DNA of 64,000 bases from Octopus vulgaris (Eukaryota): NCBI GenBank assembly GCA_951406725.2, contig OX597816.1, positions 40,610,001 to 40,674,000 of the forward strand. Direction: 5' to 3'. The notes beneath the pieces are model-generated. The model searched no databases and was not told the origin of the DNA. It was given only the letters and a program-made list of their open reading frames with translations. Shown piece by piece: positions 1-13,530 of this stretch. Position numbers and translations under genes: made by a program. Each line of letters starts with the position of its first letter. The first letter of the stretch is position 1.

Positions 1-79
1 ATATACATGCATATCTATATATAGGTATATATGTATATATATGTATACATACGTATATATATGTATATATATATATATG

Positions 80-128
<49 letters not shown>

Positions 129-840
129 TATATACACCATCGTGTGTTTTTGTTGGTAAGCATATGCTAGCGCGTAACCGGGCTTATGAGTGTGTGTGGG
201 TGTGCGTGCAGATATATTTTTGTATGAATCTGTATTCATAAATGTGTGTTTGTGTGTGTATGCACATATACATATGCATGTGTGTTTGTATATTCTTTTC
301 TTCATAACAGCAGTACTGTCTTATATTTCTGCCTCTTCTCTCGCTCCTTAGAAATTCTTCTTCGACCATCCTTAGATTTATCGTGTTTTCTCTGCATGCG
401 TTCTAAATAGAAAGAAAACGGTAAATCAAAATTGGCAAAACGAGTAAGTTCGTCTCTTAACAGCGTTCATAAGAGACTATTGTTGAGCTATCTACTGCAG
501 ACGAAATCACAGTAGATGCCTTGGAAAAATCAATGGATTTCCAAGATCCATTCTTCAAATTCAAAGAAAGGAAATATAATTTTCTTGCTCACATGCAATG
601 GTCGAAATCAAACGTAGATCTACTGGACAGTATTATAAGAAGTGCGAATAGCTACACGAATGAGAACACGGACACTATAGTTCTAAAGAGCACCACGAAC
701 TTTACTATACAATTGACTCTCCGTAAGATTGTCATGAAGTTGAATGATTCGATGGAAGATACATTGACAACAAAATAGAAACAAACGCTATAAAATAAAT
801 ACAACTATATATATATATATTTACATACATACACACACAT

Positions 841-901
<61 letters not shown>

Positions 902-990
902 CACACACATATATATATACATACATAAATATATACATACGTTCATGCATGCATACATACGTACACACACACACATATATATAAAAATAT
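1..990. repeat. (TA)n/(CA)n/(TG)n microsatellite clusters (1-290 and 800-990)
   Basis: Direct dinucleotide runs; they account for the YI/HT/VC ORFs in the track. Confidence 0.95.
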
Positions 991-1448
991 ATTTGTAATA
1001 ATAAGAAACATTAAATTCACCAGAAAGGCAAATACTTAGTTTCAGATGCCAGTGGCTACTATATAAAAAGAGAAATAAAGTGTGGATATGGTTATCCTAA
1101 GATCTAATCTTGTAAATGGTATACCAAGTGGATGAATTTGTCCCCTAAATATAAAAGGGAAATGAAAATAGCTCCATCCTCAGTAGCTTGTATCTTTGAA
1201 TTTGTAGATTGTGCAAAGTGTCAAGCACAAAACAGTTTGCACGGATTTGATAATGACAGATTTTAAAGATTGTTTATAATAATATGGAAACAAATTTTCA
1301 CCCCATTACCCCATATTCAATCTTGTCATCTTGTGATTAGTTGTTGGAGCAGAAACTCAAACATTAGAAATAAATATGTGGTTTATTTTTCCCTCTGAAA
1401 AAGTAGTTGATCAACGGCCAATAAACTATAACCTAAATGATTTAGGTT

Positions 1449-1483
<35 letters not shown>

Positions 1484-2544
1484 GGTTTACAACATTATAA
1501 TGTTGATGTATATTAGTTTTATAAAAATCTCTGCATTCTCTATGAGTGTCATTATAACCATTTGACATTAACCTAGTTTTCCTAATGCTAAATCTGTTTA
1601 TCAAATAGTAGTAATTGGCATTGTAATGTGACAATCCTTTTCTATCTACCTAAATTTCTTTATATGGAACTTTGACATCTAGTTCACCCCTATTTCTATA
1701 AATAGAAAATCTTTCTTGTCTCCTTTCATTTGTCCATTCTTCTCAGAACCTTCTACCAGTTCATAGCAGCTGAATATTATTCAGTCAGTTGATAAACTCC
1801 ACTACCTTAAATGTTCTTAAATTTAAATCCACATTTTTATTCTATATATCTACCTTCTTTATAATGTTATCACTTGATATGAAAATTATGTATTAATGGA
1901 AAACCTCTATTAATGACTGATGAGTGCTCAGTATTTTAAAACTGTTGTAATACTTACAACATTTAATAAAATGGTGTAGTGCGAAACGATCGTACCAAAT
2001 TACCGAAGTTATTCTTGTTGCTTATTTTGATTATATTTATATATATATGTTCATGGCACAACATAAATTTTAGGATTATAAACATTCTTAATAAAGAAGT
2101 AGGATATTTGCCAACATTTATCGGTCAATGTATGATTGATTTGTATTCAACGTTGCGCCAAAATTCATACCATACAAGTCCGCAAGAACCTTATTAGAGT
2201 TAAAAGGTCAATGATCGCTAAAATTATGAGTAAAAGACTATTCAACGCTTCTCTTACTTGCAACCTCGCCCAGAGTATGCGCCCACTCAAAATACAACTC
2301 AAATTCCCCATTCAGGGAGAGAAAAAATATGCCCTGTTGTGAAAATCAGACGTTCTTTTGACATGAATATGGTCAGAAAAATACAGGAGAAAGAAATGTC
2401 TAAGAAACATTGGTAAAGTGTTTGCAAGTCTAGTACCCAGGATAGACTTTTACTTTTACACTTATTGTTACAGTATACGTATCAGCTAGCTGGGGTATAG
2501 TATGGGTGCACTTGGGTTTTGGGGGTAACTATGTGATTCCTTAT

Positions 2545-2851
2545 GGAGGTACATGGCCTAGTGGTTAGAGCAGCGGACTCGCGGTTGATGGATCACGGGT
2601 TCGAATCTCAGACCGGGCGAAGTATGTGTTTATGAGTGAAACACCTAAGCTCCACGCGGCTCCGGCAGAAGGTAATGGCGAACTTCTGCTGACTCTTTCG
2701 CCATAACCTTTTCTCACTCTTTCTTCCTGTATCTAGCAGCTCACCTGCGACGGACCGGCGTCCCGTCCAGGTGGGGAATCTATACGCCAATGAAACCGGG
2801 AAACCGGCCCTATGAACCAGGCAGAGCTCGAGGAAGAACAAACGACAACAA
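2545..2851 (+). mobile_element. tRNA-derived SINE, family C head + tail T1
   Basis: A-box TGGCCTAGTGG, B-box GGTTCGAATC, AAC-rich tail; degenerate TSD GTGATTCCTTAT (2533-2544) / GTGATTCCCTAAT (2852-2864). Confidence 0.9.
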
Positions 2852-3215
2852 GTGATTCCCTAATTTGAACCCTACAAATACTGACAATATTGGAGGCTAT
2901 AAAAATCTGCAAAGCCTTCAGAAGATTTAAATCATGATGAACGAGACAAGATATTTTCCTTTACAATTTTGCTACCAAGCAGGTGGCTGGTTAGAATTTA
3001 CTCTAAATTAAAAAAGAGAACAAGGAAACAGAAATTCAAATATACACACATACAAATATATACACATCCATATATAAAACATGTTTTTATAAGGCAATAT
3101 TTAAAAAAATATGTATACTAGAAACAGAAGAATAGCGTGGGGTTTATAGTTCGATAAATGATGACTACTTTGTTCGGATTATATGGCACAAAAGTCATGT
3201 CATAGTAATTTACAA

Positions 3216-3300
3216 TACATACATACATACATACATACATACATACATACATACATACATACATACATACATACATACATACATACATACATACATACAT
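3216..3300. repeat. (ACAT)n microsatellite
   Basis: Pure tetranucleotide run. Confidence 0.95.
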
Positions 3301-4063
3301 CATATATACGTACACATAACACAAGCAAATCATATATATAACTCCTGGCACCTCTTGTGAATTATAGATAAGTATCAAGTCAATTATTTTTTCTGACAGT
3401 GTCTGGATAATATCAACCATTTCCAAATATATAAAGCTATTCGCATTGAAATTATATTTCATTTAGCAATGAAAAGTTACTTCTATTACACTATTTTATT
3501 TCAGTTCAGTGATTTCATTCATTAACTTATTGCCAATGGACATCTGGAAGGCAAAGGCGCACCGACTCTGAAATATTTACAATGACACCACGCAACCAAC
3601 CTGATTATAAAACATAACAACTGAAAAGAATTAATATTGTATACACAAGGAAACATATTTTCATAGACAGAACGATGACAAATCTATATAAATATTCATT
3701 AGAATTATAATATAATGATTTCGTTGTACACAGAAATATACCATACCGAATGAAATATGAATATGTTGGAGGCAATAAAACTGAAACCAGTCTTTAAGGC
3801 TCCCCATTTTGCAATTTACAACCTTAGGATAATTAGCTTTCTACACAATCGCTTTGTGGTACATCATCCAATATAAAAACCATTGTATATATGTATACGT
3901 GCATTTATGCAAATACTAATTGTGTATGAATAAATATTCCCTACATTTTAAAAACTTTCTTTGCGCCAAATTTAACCTCTCTTTTTCCTTCCTTTATTCA
4001 CTTCGCTCTTCTCTCTCTCTCAAAGAGGGAGTAACATTCAACACACACACACGCAAACACACA

Positions 4064-4096
<33 letters not shown>

Positions 4097-4899
4097 GCGC
4101 GCGCGCACACACACACACACATGCAAGCATTCAAATAACCATGTGTTATAGCGAACGTAAACCTATGGCGGGCAAGTTAATGTGTTTTTCTTCCGAAATA
4201 TGATATGTTACGGAGGCACTGTATCTAAAAATAAGGTATGTGGTAGGGCAAGGAAAAAGCGTCTGGGGAGTAGCTGACAAGAATGCCAGGTGAATCTCGG
4301 CCTTGTTGGGCCTTGACAATGATGCATATTACAACCACATGCCAAAATGAGATATATTACTTCCGATAGAGGAAACATTGAAGGTTTTATTCACTACTAT
4401 TGTGAATAGACTTCGCGATGAATAATAACCCGGTGTACGTAAAGGAAGCAATATTAAATGAAGATAGCTGTCTATATATCATATTTATTGTATATACACC
4501 AGAGACGTATAAGTTAGGGGGTCTACGAATCTGATTACAACAAAAGGGAAAAACCCTTGAAAAAAATTGACAACGTTTGAAGAAATCAGAATTCCTCTAA
4601 TAATAATTTACAAGAGAGATCGTGAAATATTCAAAGAATGACAACCCATAATCCCTCATGGACAGAAGTAATAATTCGTAGTTAAAGGAAGTCAACTACC
4701 ATAAAATACTCACAATAACATAAGAAATGACCGTGATAATCACAATCTACTAAAACATTCCGAGGAAGATAGGATAACACTAATATCAAACATTTTCGCG
4801 ATTAGAACCACTACTTCTAAATAAATAAATAAAAATAAAATAAAACGAAATAAGACTGGACAAAAATGACTCACAACGAAACAAAACAAAAGAAATAGA

Positions 4900-5046
4900 A
4901 CTTAGCGGTTCGGCAAAAAGAGACCGATAGAATAAGTACTGGGCTTACAAAAAGAATAAGTCCCGGGGTCGAGTTGCTCGACTAAAGGCGGTGATCCAGC
5001 ATGGCCGCAGTCAAATGACTGAAACAAGTAAAAGAGTAAAAGAGTA
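4900..5046 (+). mobile_element. 5'-truncated SINE family A (3' part)
   Basis: Matches the 3' half of the copy at 45125-45534 (CTTAGCGGTTCGGCAAAA...CAGCATGGCCGCAGTCAAATGACTGAAACAAGTAAAAGAG). Confidence 0.9.
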
Positions 5047-5720
5047 TGCAAGCAAAAAGATAAGAAAACATTTTTGAAACTAACATTCAAAGAGATGCTC
5101 AAAAGTAATGAATCAAGAAACGTCTTGAAAAGAGTTATAAGTAAATTGGAAGCACTCAGCAAGCTACTGAGAACAATTATCGTTATTTGGATTACCTTAT
5201 AATACGTGTGTTTGAAAAGCCTGAAGATGGTGAAAGACGCTTAAGAAAGCACGAAAATTGTTAAGATTTTATAAAATATAATCCATGAAATTTTAAATTA
5301 AGAAAGGCTGTATCATAAATTTTTCCAACGAATATATGTGTGTATATATATATTCCTCGGCGGAATTTGAACTCATCCCTAGCCTTGAGTAATACACACG
5401 GACTCAATTTTCTGTGTGGTTACCCGACCTCAGCGTGTGTAAATCACCAGGGAGTGATGAAAACTCACCCCACTCGCAAGACGGATAACCACTCAGAAAC
5501 TCGAGTGGGTGGGCATCACGTAAGGCTAAGGATTGGAGCGAAAACTTCCCCTCCCAAATACTAATCGGACACAGAATGTGTGTTGTTAGCCAGCTGGAGG
5601 AGATGTCTTTCTGGGGCTATAAACGTCAGTAGCACTACCCCTTATAGGACACCACACTTGGCTGACAATTATATGTTACGATTCTGTATTGCTACTGTTT
5701 ACATTTCGCTCAGATATTTA

Positions 5721-5763
<43 letters not shown>

Positions 5764-6720
5764 TGTGTGTGTATGTATATATATATGAAAGATACTGTGT
5801 ATGAGTTTGTTTTGATAGTTGAAATGTTATATACACATATTCTGAAGACTTTGTAATGATTCTTGATGAGTTATGTGCAAATTTTTAGTTAATTTGTATT
5901 GCATAGGTTTGTGTTTCTCTCTATATGAAGAATGGTGGTGAATGCAAAAGAATCTAGCTTATATTTTATCTAGTATGATAGCCTTTCGGTTTATAATTTG
6001 CTATATTCCTATTTGTGTAAGAAGTTCGAATGGTAACCACTTTTTTTTTACCGATTTGTCTACGGATGCTTGATTTGTATCTTTTGATAAGGAGGGAAGA
6101 GAGTTCCTATGAAAATTCTCAGTTCCTTTGAGACTGATAGCTGTGGTGGAAGGATAATACTCAAAATGGAGACTTCATGCGAAGTACTGTGAGGCATTTA
6201 GCCAGACGTGGTAGCAACTCTGCTAATTCGTCATTGGGTCTTCTATTACAGCTTGATTCTGAACAATTTTTGTTAAGGAAAAATACGCGAAGCGCTTGTT
6301 TATTATTTTTGCTTTTTGGTTATGGACAGCCGAAGATTATGCATTGTTTTTGAAATATAGTTTAGTTGAAAGAATTTTGATTAAAGCAGACTATTCCAGA
6401 AATTCTGTAAGATGTTATTCCTCTTCTTTTTATGTCAAATAATGATAGAAATCATTAATTTCCGACGCAGGGGAAATAGTCGGAAAGGAAGAAATAAAGC
6501 AGGAACAAAGAAAGAAAGAAATGCAACAAATAGATAGAAACGGGGTAACAAATAGATAGCCAAGACATTTAGCAACAAAAGAAGTATGAAAGTGAATGAA
6601 AACCAAACGAATGAATGAAAGAAAGAAAAGAAAGAAAAGAAAAGGGAAGAAATAATATAGAAAGTATAACAAATTAGTTGGTCAGTGAAATGCTTTCCTT
6701 AGATCACACCGGAAAAGTCC

Positions 6721-6738
6721 GGACGGATCTATTGTCTT

Positions 6739-6798
<60 letters not shown>

Positions 6799-6816
6799 AA
6801 GACAATAGATCCGTCC
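6721..6816. repeat. Perfect 96-bp palindrome centred on (AT)26
   Basis: GGACGGATCTATTGTCTTTTGA-(AT)n-TCAAAAGACAATAGATCCGTCC. Confidence 0.95.
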
Positions 6817-7030
6817 TGATTCAAAATGTGACCGCGTGTGTACCGTTGCCGATTTTTTTTCCTCCGTCTTCCCTTCTCTGGATCTTTCCTTTTCCAATGT
6901 TTCTGACGAAGAGCTCCGCTCGAAACGTAAAGCCCCCCTTCTTCCCTTCCTTCCCGAGCGTACATTAATACTATATTTGTTCCACGCCCTCGCGTTGTTG
7001 TGTTTTCTCTTTGTGTTTTCATGTTTGGAT

Positions 7031-7035
<5 letters not shown>
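6794..7035 (+). mobile_element. Penelope-like pseudo-LTR fragment between (TA)n tracts
   Basis: Carries a minimal hammerhead motif, is pyrimidine-rich and is bounded by (TA)n on both sides. Confidence 0.6.
6899..6933 (+). ncRNA. Minimal type I hammerhead ribozyme motif
   Basis: GUUU-CUGACGA-A-GAGC(UCC)GCUC-GAAA-C-GUA-AAGC: canonical core, 4-bp stem II, palindromic ACGU stem III, 4-bp stem I with one GU pair. Confidence 0.75.
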
Positions 7036-7071
<36 letters not shown>

Positions 7072-7523
7072 AGAGTTGAGGACGGAAATCCTTCAAAGGG
7101 ATGTCAAATATTGAAGTCCACCGCTACAGTCCAGGTAAGGAATATATATAAAAATACATATTCAGTATTTGAAACAACAGTAAATGAAATATAAGGACAG
7201 GAAGAGTTGAAAGTGTAGACGAACTTTAATTCAATTCAGAAACCAAGTTTGTACAGAGCCAATATACAGAACCAGCATACATTCAACGTGCTACGTGATG
7301 GTGTATATCACGGCCATCCAAGAAGACTTGGACAGGATTTCTGCTCAAATGGAAAGGAGAAGAAACTAATATTATAATATACCATCCATGATTCTTTCAT
7401 TTCCATTAATTTGTCGTTTCGGGCTGGTAATTTTTTTTTCGCCCCCCAAAAGGATGAATGGTAAAGCTGTCACCCGTGGGATTTGAACTCAGAGCACAAG
7501 ACGTCGGTCTTATCCTTCATTTT

Positions 7524-7561
<38 letters not shown>

Positions 7562-7564
7562 TGC

Positions 7565-7622
<58 letters not shown>

Positions 7623-8800
7623 TATATATACATATATATATGCATGTATATGTGTGTATATGTGCGTGTGTGTGAGTGTGTGAATATATATTTATATATA
7701 ATAGGAAAAAAGATTCGTTTCCTTCATACCTACAAGATATGTATATCTTCCATTCCCAATTAAGATATAATCCAGAGATACTGGAGTTTTTGAGGATCAA
7801 TCTTAATCCTGCGGTGCAGAGGACACATATTTTCCTATCATTTATAGGTAGTGTCTACACTTTTCGATGATTAATTAGCGGGTGATATGGTATGCTACCC
7901 GTTTTATTTTAACAACCAGACATGGTTTTCAAACGCTTTTGCGTCCTGTCTATCAATCTCGCTCCAAATATATGACGCGATCCTTCCAACCGATGCAGCT
8001 CTATAGATTGGGGAAATGTTTGGGTCTATATACGTGAAAACTATCTCCTATACAACGGTTTTTGTTGTATGATTCATACAATGGTTATGTTTCAACTAAC
8101 CTCAGGGGAGGTTTGTGCTTACAGGAGAGAGAGCAGTGGATGTCTGGCAACAAGCCTCAGTGGGAGGGTGTTCTAACAAAATCTGCTTCATATTGATGGC
8201 AGTAATAAAGGTAATATGAAATGTATACGACGTAAAAAAAATTTATATATTATTCTGCGGATCGCTCTTAGTGAGAAGGGTATAGAAAAACAAATGATTG
8301 CTTTGAAACTTTTTTAGGTGGGATATTGTAAAGTATATTGTAGAATTATCCTTGAATCAACACACAACAAAGGCGTCAAATTTGACAGTAGCTGCCGTAA
8401 GTTGGAATTTCACATGCTATTTTTATACTACGAGACAAAACCTTTTCGAGGACAAAGATTTCCGGCACACAGTGCCGTCTAATATTTCCCTGGCAAAGAA
8501 GGAATAATAGAATAAACGTATGTATGGTGTACAGGATATACAATGGAGCACACAGAGCCTACTCGAATTAGAAATGTTACGAGTCTGGGCAGCGTGAATT
8601 AACAAATAATATGCTTGCTAGCAAGTAACCACAATTAAAAGAACACACGTGTCAAAAAGTTGTGAGGGCCGTGCATGGTGATGTAGCCACTAACGCACAT
8701 ACTGTAGATTTTACATGTTTATTGTGAATCTGAGATATTACACGGTTGCTATGCAATGAAGCATTCTAAGGAGTTGCGGAAATTTGACATCTCAGTGATT

Positions 8801-8925
<125 letters not shown>

Positions 8926-9004
8926 TGTGTGTGTATGTGTGTGTGTGTGTGTGTGTGTAAATATGGGAAAAATGGAATAGAGATGGGTTTTCCTGATAAT
9001 TTGA

Positions 9005-9058
9005 TGTCACTTTGATGGCATGCACTGCTCTCACACTCAATAATAATAATAATAATAA
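9005..9058 (+). mobile_element. 3'-terminal fragment of the (AAT)n-associated 546-bp element plus AAT tail
   Basis: TGTCACTTTGATGGCATGCACTGCTCTCACACTC-(AAT)n matches the end of 53450-53995. Confidence 0.8.
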
Positions 9059-9741
9059 TTTGCACAAATAAATATAAGTCACTTAGTGCGTTTAAATGAA
9101 GAGTGAGCACCGGCACAGTTTAGGCTGCTTGTTGTCATCCGCAGTTGGTATACACTTCTGTTGGGTATACTTCAGGAACTCCGCTGTGGTAATTAGGGTA
9201 ATAATATTAATTAACAGGAGCTGGACTCGGTATTAAATCTTTACTGCGAACATTAGATGTCTCGATCCATTCGTCCGGGTCTCATTAGTTACATCGATAA
9301 AGATATGTCCCACAACATTTTTAGTTAGAGATTGGATAAAAGCAACTGATATTACAGAAAGCGAAAGTTCAAATATGAACGTAGACGTCTTGCGTTCCTT
9401 GTTTAGATAAAATGATCGAAACACCTTTCGCTGTAAATTACTGCTCAGAGAAAAAAAAGTAGAAAGAGAAAAGAAAACTATTCTTAGTAAAGTAGTTATA
9501 TGTTCATACACATATATACAGACAGAAAGACAGATAGACAGAGAAAGAGAGAGAGAGAGAGAGATAGAGAGAAATACATACAAATATATATAAATGCACA
9601 CAAACACTCACACATATATACCCATACACACACACACATATTTCTATTCCTGAGCGCTATACTAATACATCTGTTTGTTTGTAGACCACCTGCCTTCGTC
9701 TTTTGTTTATTTTCGTAAACTTTCCCTTTATATATATATAT

Positions 9742-9798
<57 letters not shown>

Positions 9799-9801
<3 letters not shown>

Positions 9802-10194
9802 ACGGGAGTGGCTGTATGGTAAGTAGCTTGCTTACCAACCACATGGTTCCGGGCTCAGTCCCACTGCATGGGACCTTGGGCAAGTATCTACTACTATAGC
9901 CTCGGGCCGAGCAAACCCTTGTGAGAGGATTTGGTAGACGAAACTTAAAGAAGAAGCCCGTCATATATATGTATGTATATGTTTGTGTGTTTGTGTTTGT
10001 CCCACAACATCGCTTGATAACCGATGGTGGCGTGTTTACGCCCCCGTAAGCTAGCGGTTCGGCAAAAGACACCGATAAAATAAGTACTAGTCTTCCAAAT
10101 AATAAGTCCTGGGGTCAATTTGCTCGACCAAAGTCGGCACTCCATAATGGCCGCAGTCAAATGGCTGAAACAAGTAAAAAAGAGTAAAAGAGTA
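9799..10194 (+). mobile_element. tRNA-derived SINE family A, near full length
   Basis: GGAGTGGCTGTATGGTAAG head, internal (TA)(TG) tract, tail like 45125-45534. Confidence 0.9.
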
Positions 10195-10206
10195 TATACA
10201 TATATG

Positions 10207-10239
<33 letters not shown>

Positions 10240-10345
10240 ATATATATATATATATATATGTATGATTATTTTGTAAGGACTCAAGGCACATCTGTTCGCG
10301 AGACATCGTAAATGAATTGAAGAAACGAAACGCTTCGAAACGAAA

Positions 10346-10377
<32 letters not shown>

Positions 10378-10450
10378 GTAAAACGGTAAGATAACAAAAG
10401 AAAGAAAGAGACCTCAATATTATGTAAATAGAGGAAATTTATTTATACAA

Positions 10451-10616
10451 TAATATGTTACATTACTCGATAGTCAAGATATAACTCTGAGTTTCAGATG
10501 CCGAAGTGGAAATCCACAACACCATCTCTTCGGTTATCTGGCTGGTGTTGTGGATTTCCACTTCCGCATCTGAAACTCAGAGTTTTATCTTGACTATCGA
10601 GTAATGTAACATATTA
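10451..10616. repeat. 74-bp inverted repeat (2 mismatches, 18-nt spacer), PLE-like fold-back
   Basis: Arms 10451-10524 and 10543-10616, within an island flanked by (TA)n. Confidence 0.9.
10478..10538 (-). ncRNA. Degenerate hammerhead motif
   Basis: Minus strand GAUAA-CCGAAGA-GAUG...CAUC-U-GAAAC-UCAGA-GUU-AUAUC. The core has U4>C; the other arm reads GUU-UUAUC, which restores stem I. Confidence 0.5.
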
Positions 10617-12893
10617 TATATATATAATGTAACATATATATATATATAAATGTATATATATATATATGTGACATATATATATATATATATAAATGTGCGT
10701 GTATGTATGTATGCATGTATGTATAGGTATGTATGTTTGTAAGTGTGTGTGTATGTGTGTGTATGAGTGTGTGTGTGTGTGTGTGTGTGTGTTTGTGCGT
10801 GTGTGTTTGTGTGTGTGTGTGTGTGTGTATGTGTGTGTAAGGACGTATGTATCTAGGAATACACGAAGATGCGTTCGGGAATGCTCGAAATTAAATCGCT
10901 GTTTCTTACCCATCGTAGCCAAAGAAAGAACATAATATAAAGAAAAAAAAAAAAGAAATGTAAATCGAAAACGAGAAACTCAAAAGAAAAGACAATAACA
11001 AGTATGTATTCAAAGAGAAAAGATAATGAAACAAAACAAAAAACAAAAAAAAATAAAAATAAAGGAAACGAAATGCAAAATGTCGTCTTGGTTCTGTCTA
11101 ACATCTGGGCGTTGCTTGATAGTTTTCCAAATAGTAGTTAATTGCGAAAGTGAATCCAAGTCAAGAAAAGTGATAAAGCGCGAAACACAATTCTCAGTAA
11201 TCATGTTTCTATCTTTTATCTTCTTTCTCATTCACTCATTCATTCACTTAATCATTCGGTCAGTTTCTCAATCACTCCAACTCTCTCTCTCTCTATTTAT
11301 CTATCTATCTACCTCCCGTTCTCCCTCTATCTCCTTCTGTCTCCAACTCTCCCTCTCCCCGTCTTCATTCGTAGATTTACTCCGTCATTTCTTTACTTAG
11401 TCACTAGTTCACTCTATTTCCTTTATACGGTTTGTGTTTCTTTCCTATTTCTACGCTGTATTGCAGTAGAATGTGTATCGTTTCTTCAATCAATATCACT
11501 TTGAGGTCGGTGACTGATGCGTGTGATTTGGTTAGTACCAATTTCATGCTTCGTTTCAAGCCTGGAAATTGCTAGTATAGGTTAAAAGGACATTCATCTC
11601 ATTTATTTCAAAAGATTGAATAAAGACTCCACTCTTCATATTTCTGATGAAAGATTTAGGATGTGGGATGAGAGAGAAGTGAAATGCTTTTGCTTTAGCA
11701 CAGTCAATACTCCTTTTTCATGTAAATAAATAAAATGAAATAAAAATAAATAAATAAATAAAATCGATCCAAGAAATGTAGCAGACATTTATATAGAGAC
11801 ACATCTTGATATAGTCCGACCAGACAAATCACCAGAAAATGTTTTATGTTTCGAATTTCTTTCAGAGAGACAGCTTTGTTACTAATTAGAGTAAATCATA
11901 TACAGACACCAAGCTATTATTGAACGGTTTCACTTCGATCAAAGTCTTTTCGTTATTGTCACTTTAAGGAATTCAGTATAGGCAAGCGCCGTTGTATGGC
12001 GGTAAACTTCTGATAAGAAAATACAGCACTACTGGTTCGAGTCTTCAGGTATATCTCTCCCAGTATTTCATAGCAATCGCGTTGTCCTGTAACTATGGTG
12101 TCTGTATTCCATCTCACTGGCCAATAATAGCCCAATATATAGGAAAATTACTTGTATTTATCATTCACCTGTTACCATACATTCAAGAAGTGTGTATGGG
12201 AAAAATACTCAGAAAAAATTCGTTGCTCTCATTTACCATTTGTCTCTTCGTTGGAAAGTTTTTGCAACACCCACTCCCCTAGTATGGAAACACAATATCA
12301 CAGTGTGTTGATGAGTCAATGACATATATTCCCTATCTCTCTGTGCTGTAGATTCTTGTGTATATTTTCGATCTATTTGCTGTAAACTCTAACAACGCTT
12401 ATTCTATATAGATAAAGTCTCATTTACATGCAGCTTAGACATCAGACGCTAGTACTAAATTACACATCAATGCATAAAACTACACTGCACATTATATAAA
12501 CGGTATAACTCAACCATGTGTCAGACACATTCACAGACCAAATCGGCACTGCTTTAGAAAATGGTTATTTCTAAACCTTGATATGAAGGAGACATAACAG
12601 CCTACTACTGTCAGGGGCATTCCTGAAGTTTCTAGACATTTTTGTCAAGTGTGTTAAATCATACACATGCACACACACACACACACATGCACAACCAGGG
12701 TCACACAGGCAGAGACGCATACATACACCCACACAAACAAGTAAACGCACGCATATGGGTATTTTAAACATGTCGCTATTATCGGAGGGATTTCTGGGTC
12801 TAAAAGTAATTTTTAGTGGAATAGTAAGTGAAATTACTGAGAGCTAATCTATAAAATCGTGGACAAGTTGTTGTATACATACATATATGCAAA

Positions 12894-13127
12894 TGTATGT
12901 ATGTATGTATGTATGTATGTATGTATGTATGTATGTATGTATGTATGTATGTATGTATGTATGTATGTATGTATGCATGTATGTATGTATATATGTATGT
13001 ATGCATGTATGTATGTATGCATGTATGTATGTATGTATGCATGTATATATGTATGTATGTATATATCTATGTATGTATGTATGTATATATGTATGTATGC
13101 ATGTATATATATATGTGTGTGTGTGTG

Positions 13128-13159
<32 letters not shown>

Positions 13160-13160
13160 A
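12894..13160. repeat. (TATG)n/(TA)n microsatellite
   Basis: Direct repeats. Confidence 0.95.
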
Positions 13161-13530
13161 TATAAGAATAAGGGAAGTTGTACGAAGTAACGCTATCAGG
13201 AACGATACTGTAACATATGCATACACATTCGGGGAAGCACACACACACACACATATGTGTGTGCCTGCACACGCGTGTGCGTGTGTGTTGTATGCATAAC
13301 ATACCATTTACTACACATTCAATCATGCAGACGACAAATACGCGTTATGCAAATTAGGATAGTCATTTGAGCTGCATGACTGGTCGTGCGTATATGATTG
13401 AAATGGCGATTGGTATCAAGTTCTCCTTGTGGGAAGAAGTGTCAGGGCTCTTATCCATTGTATCCATACATATAAGCATGTATGGAGATATACATGTATA
13501 TATACATACAAGCATATACATACAAACATA

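Noticed and set aside
473-778. Open frame of about 100 codons (includes track ORF 521-778)
   Set aside because: No recognisable motif, TTG start and no supported exon chain; a terminal exon cannot be excluded but cannot be supported.
2545-2620. tRNA-like sequences here and at 17610-17685, 55043-55120 and 61600-61670
   Set aside because: They are SINE heads that continue into repeat bodies with TSDs, not tRNA genes.
8125-8215. Candidate small exon (TTACAG acceptor ... AAG/GTAAT donor)
   Set aside because: Such signals are common by chance and there is no homology or partner exon.
9250-9295. Minus-strand CUAAUGA-GACC...GGAUC-GAGAC-AUC hammerhead-like string
   Set aside because: Two core substitutions and no good stem I; at best a dead relic.
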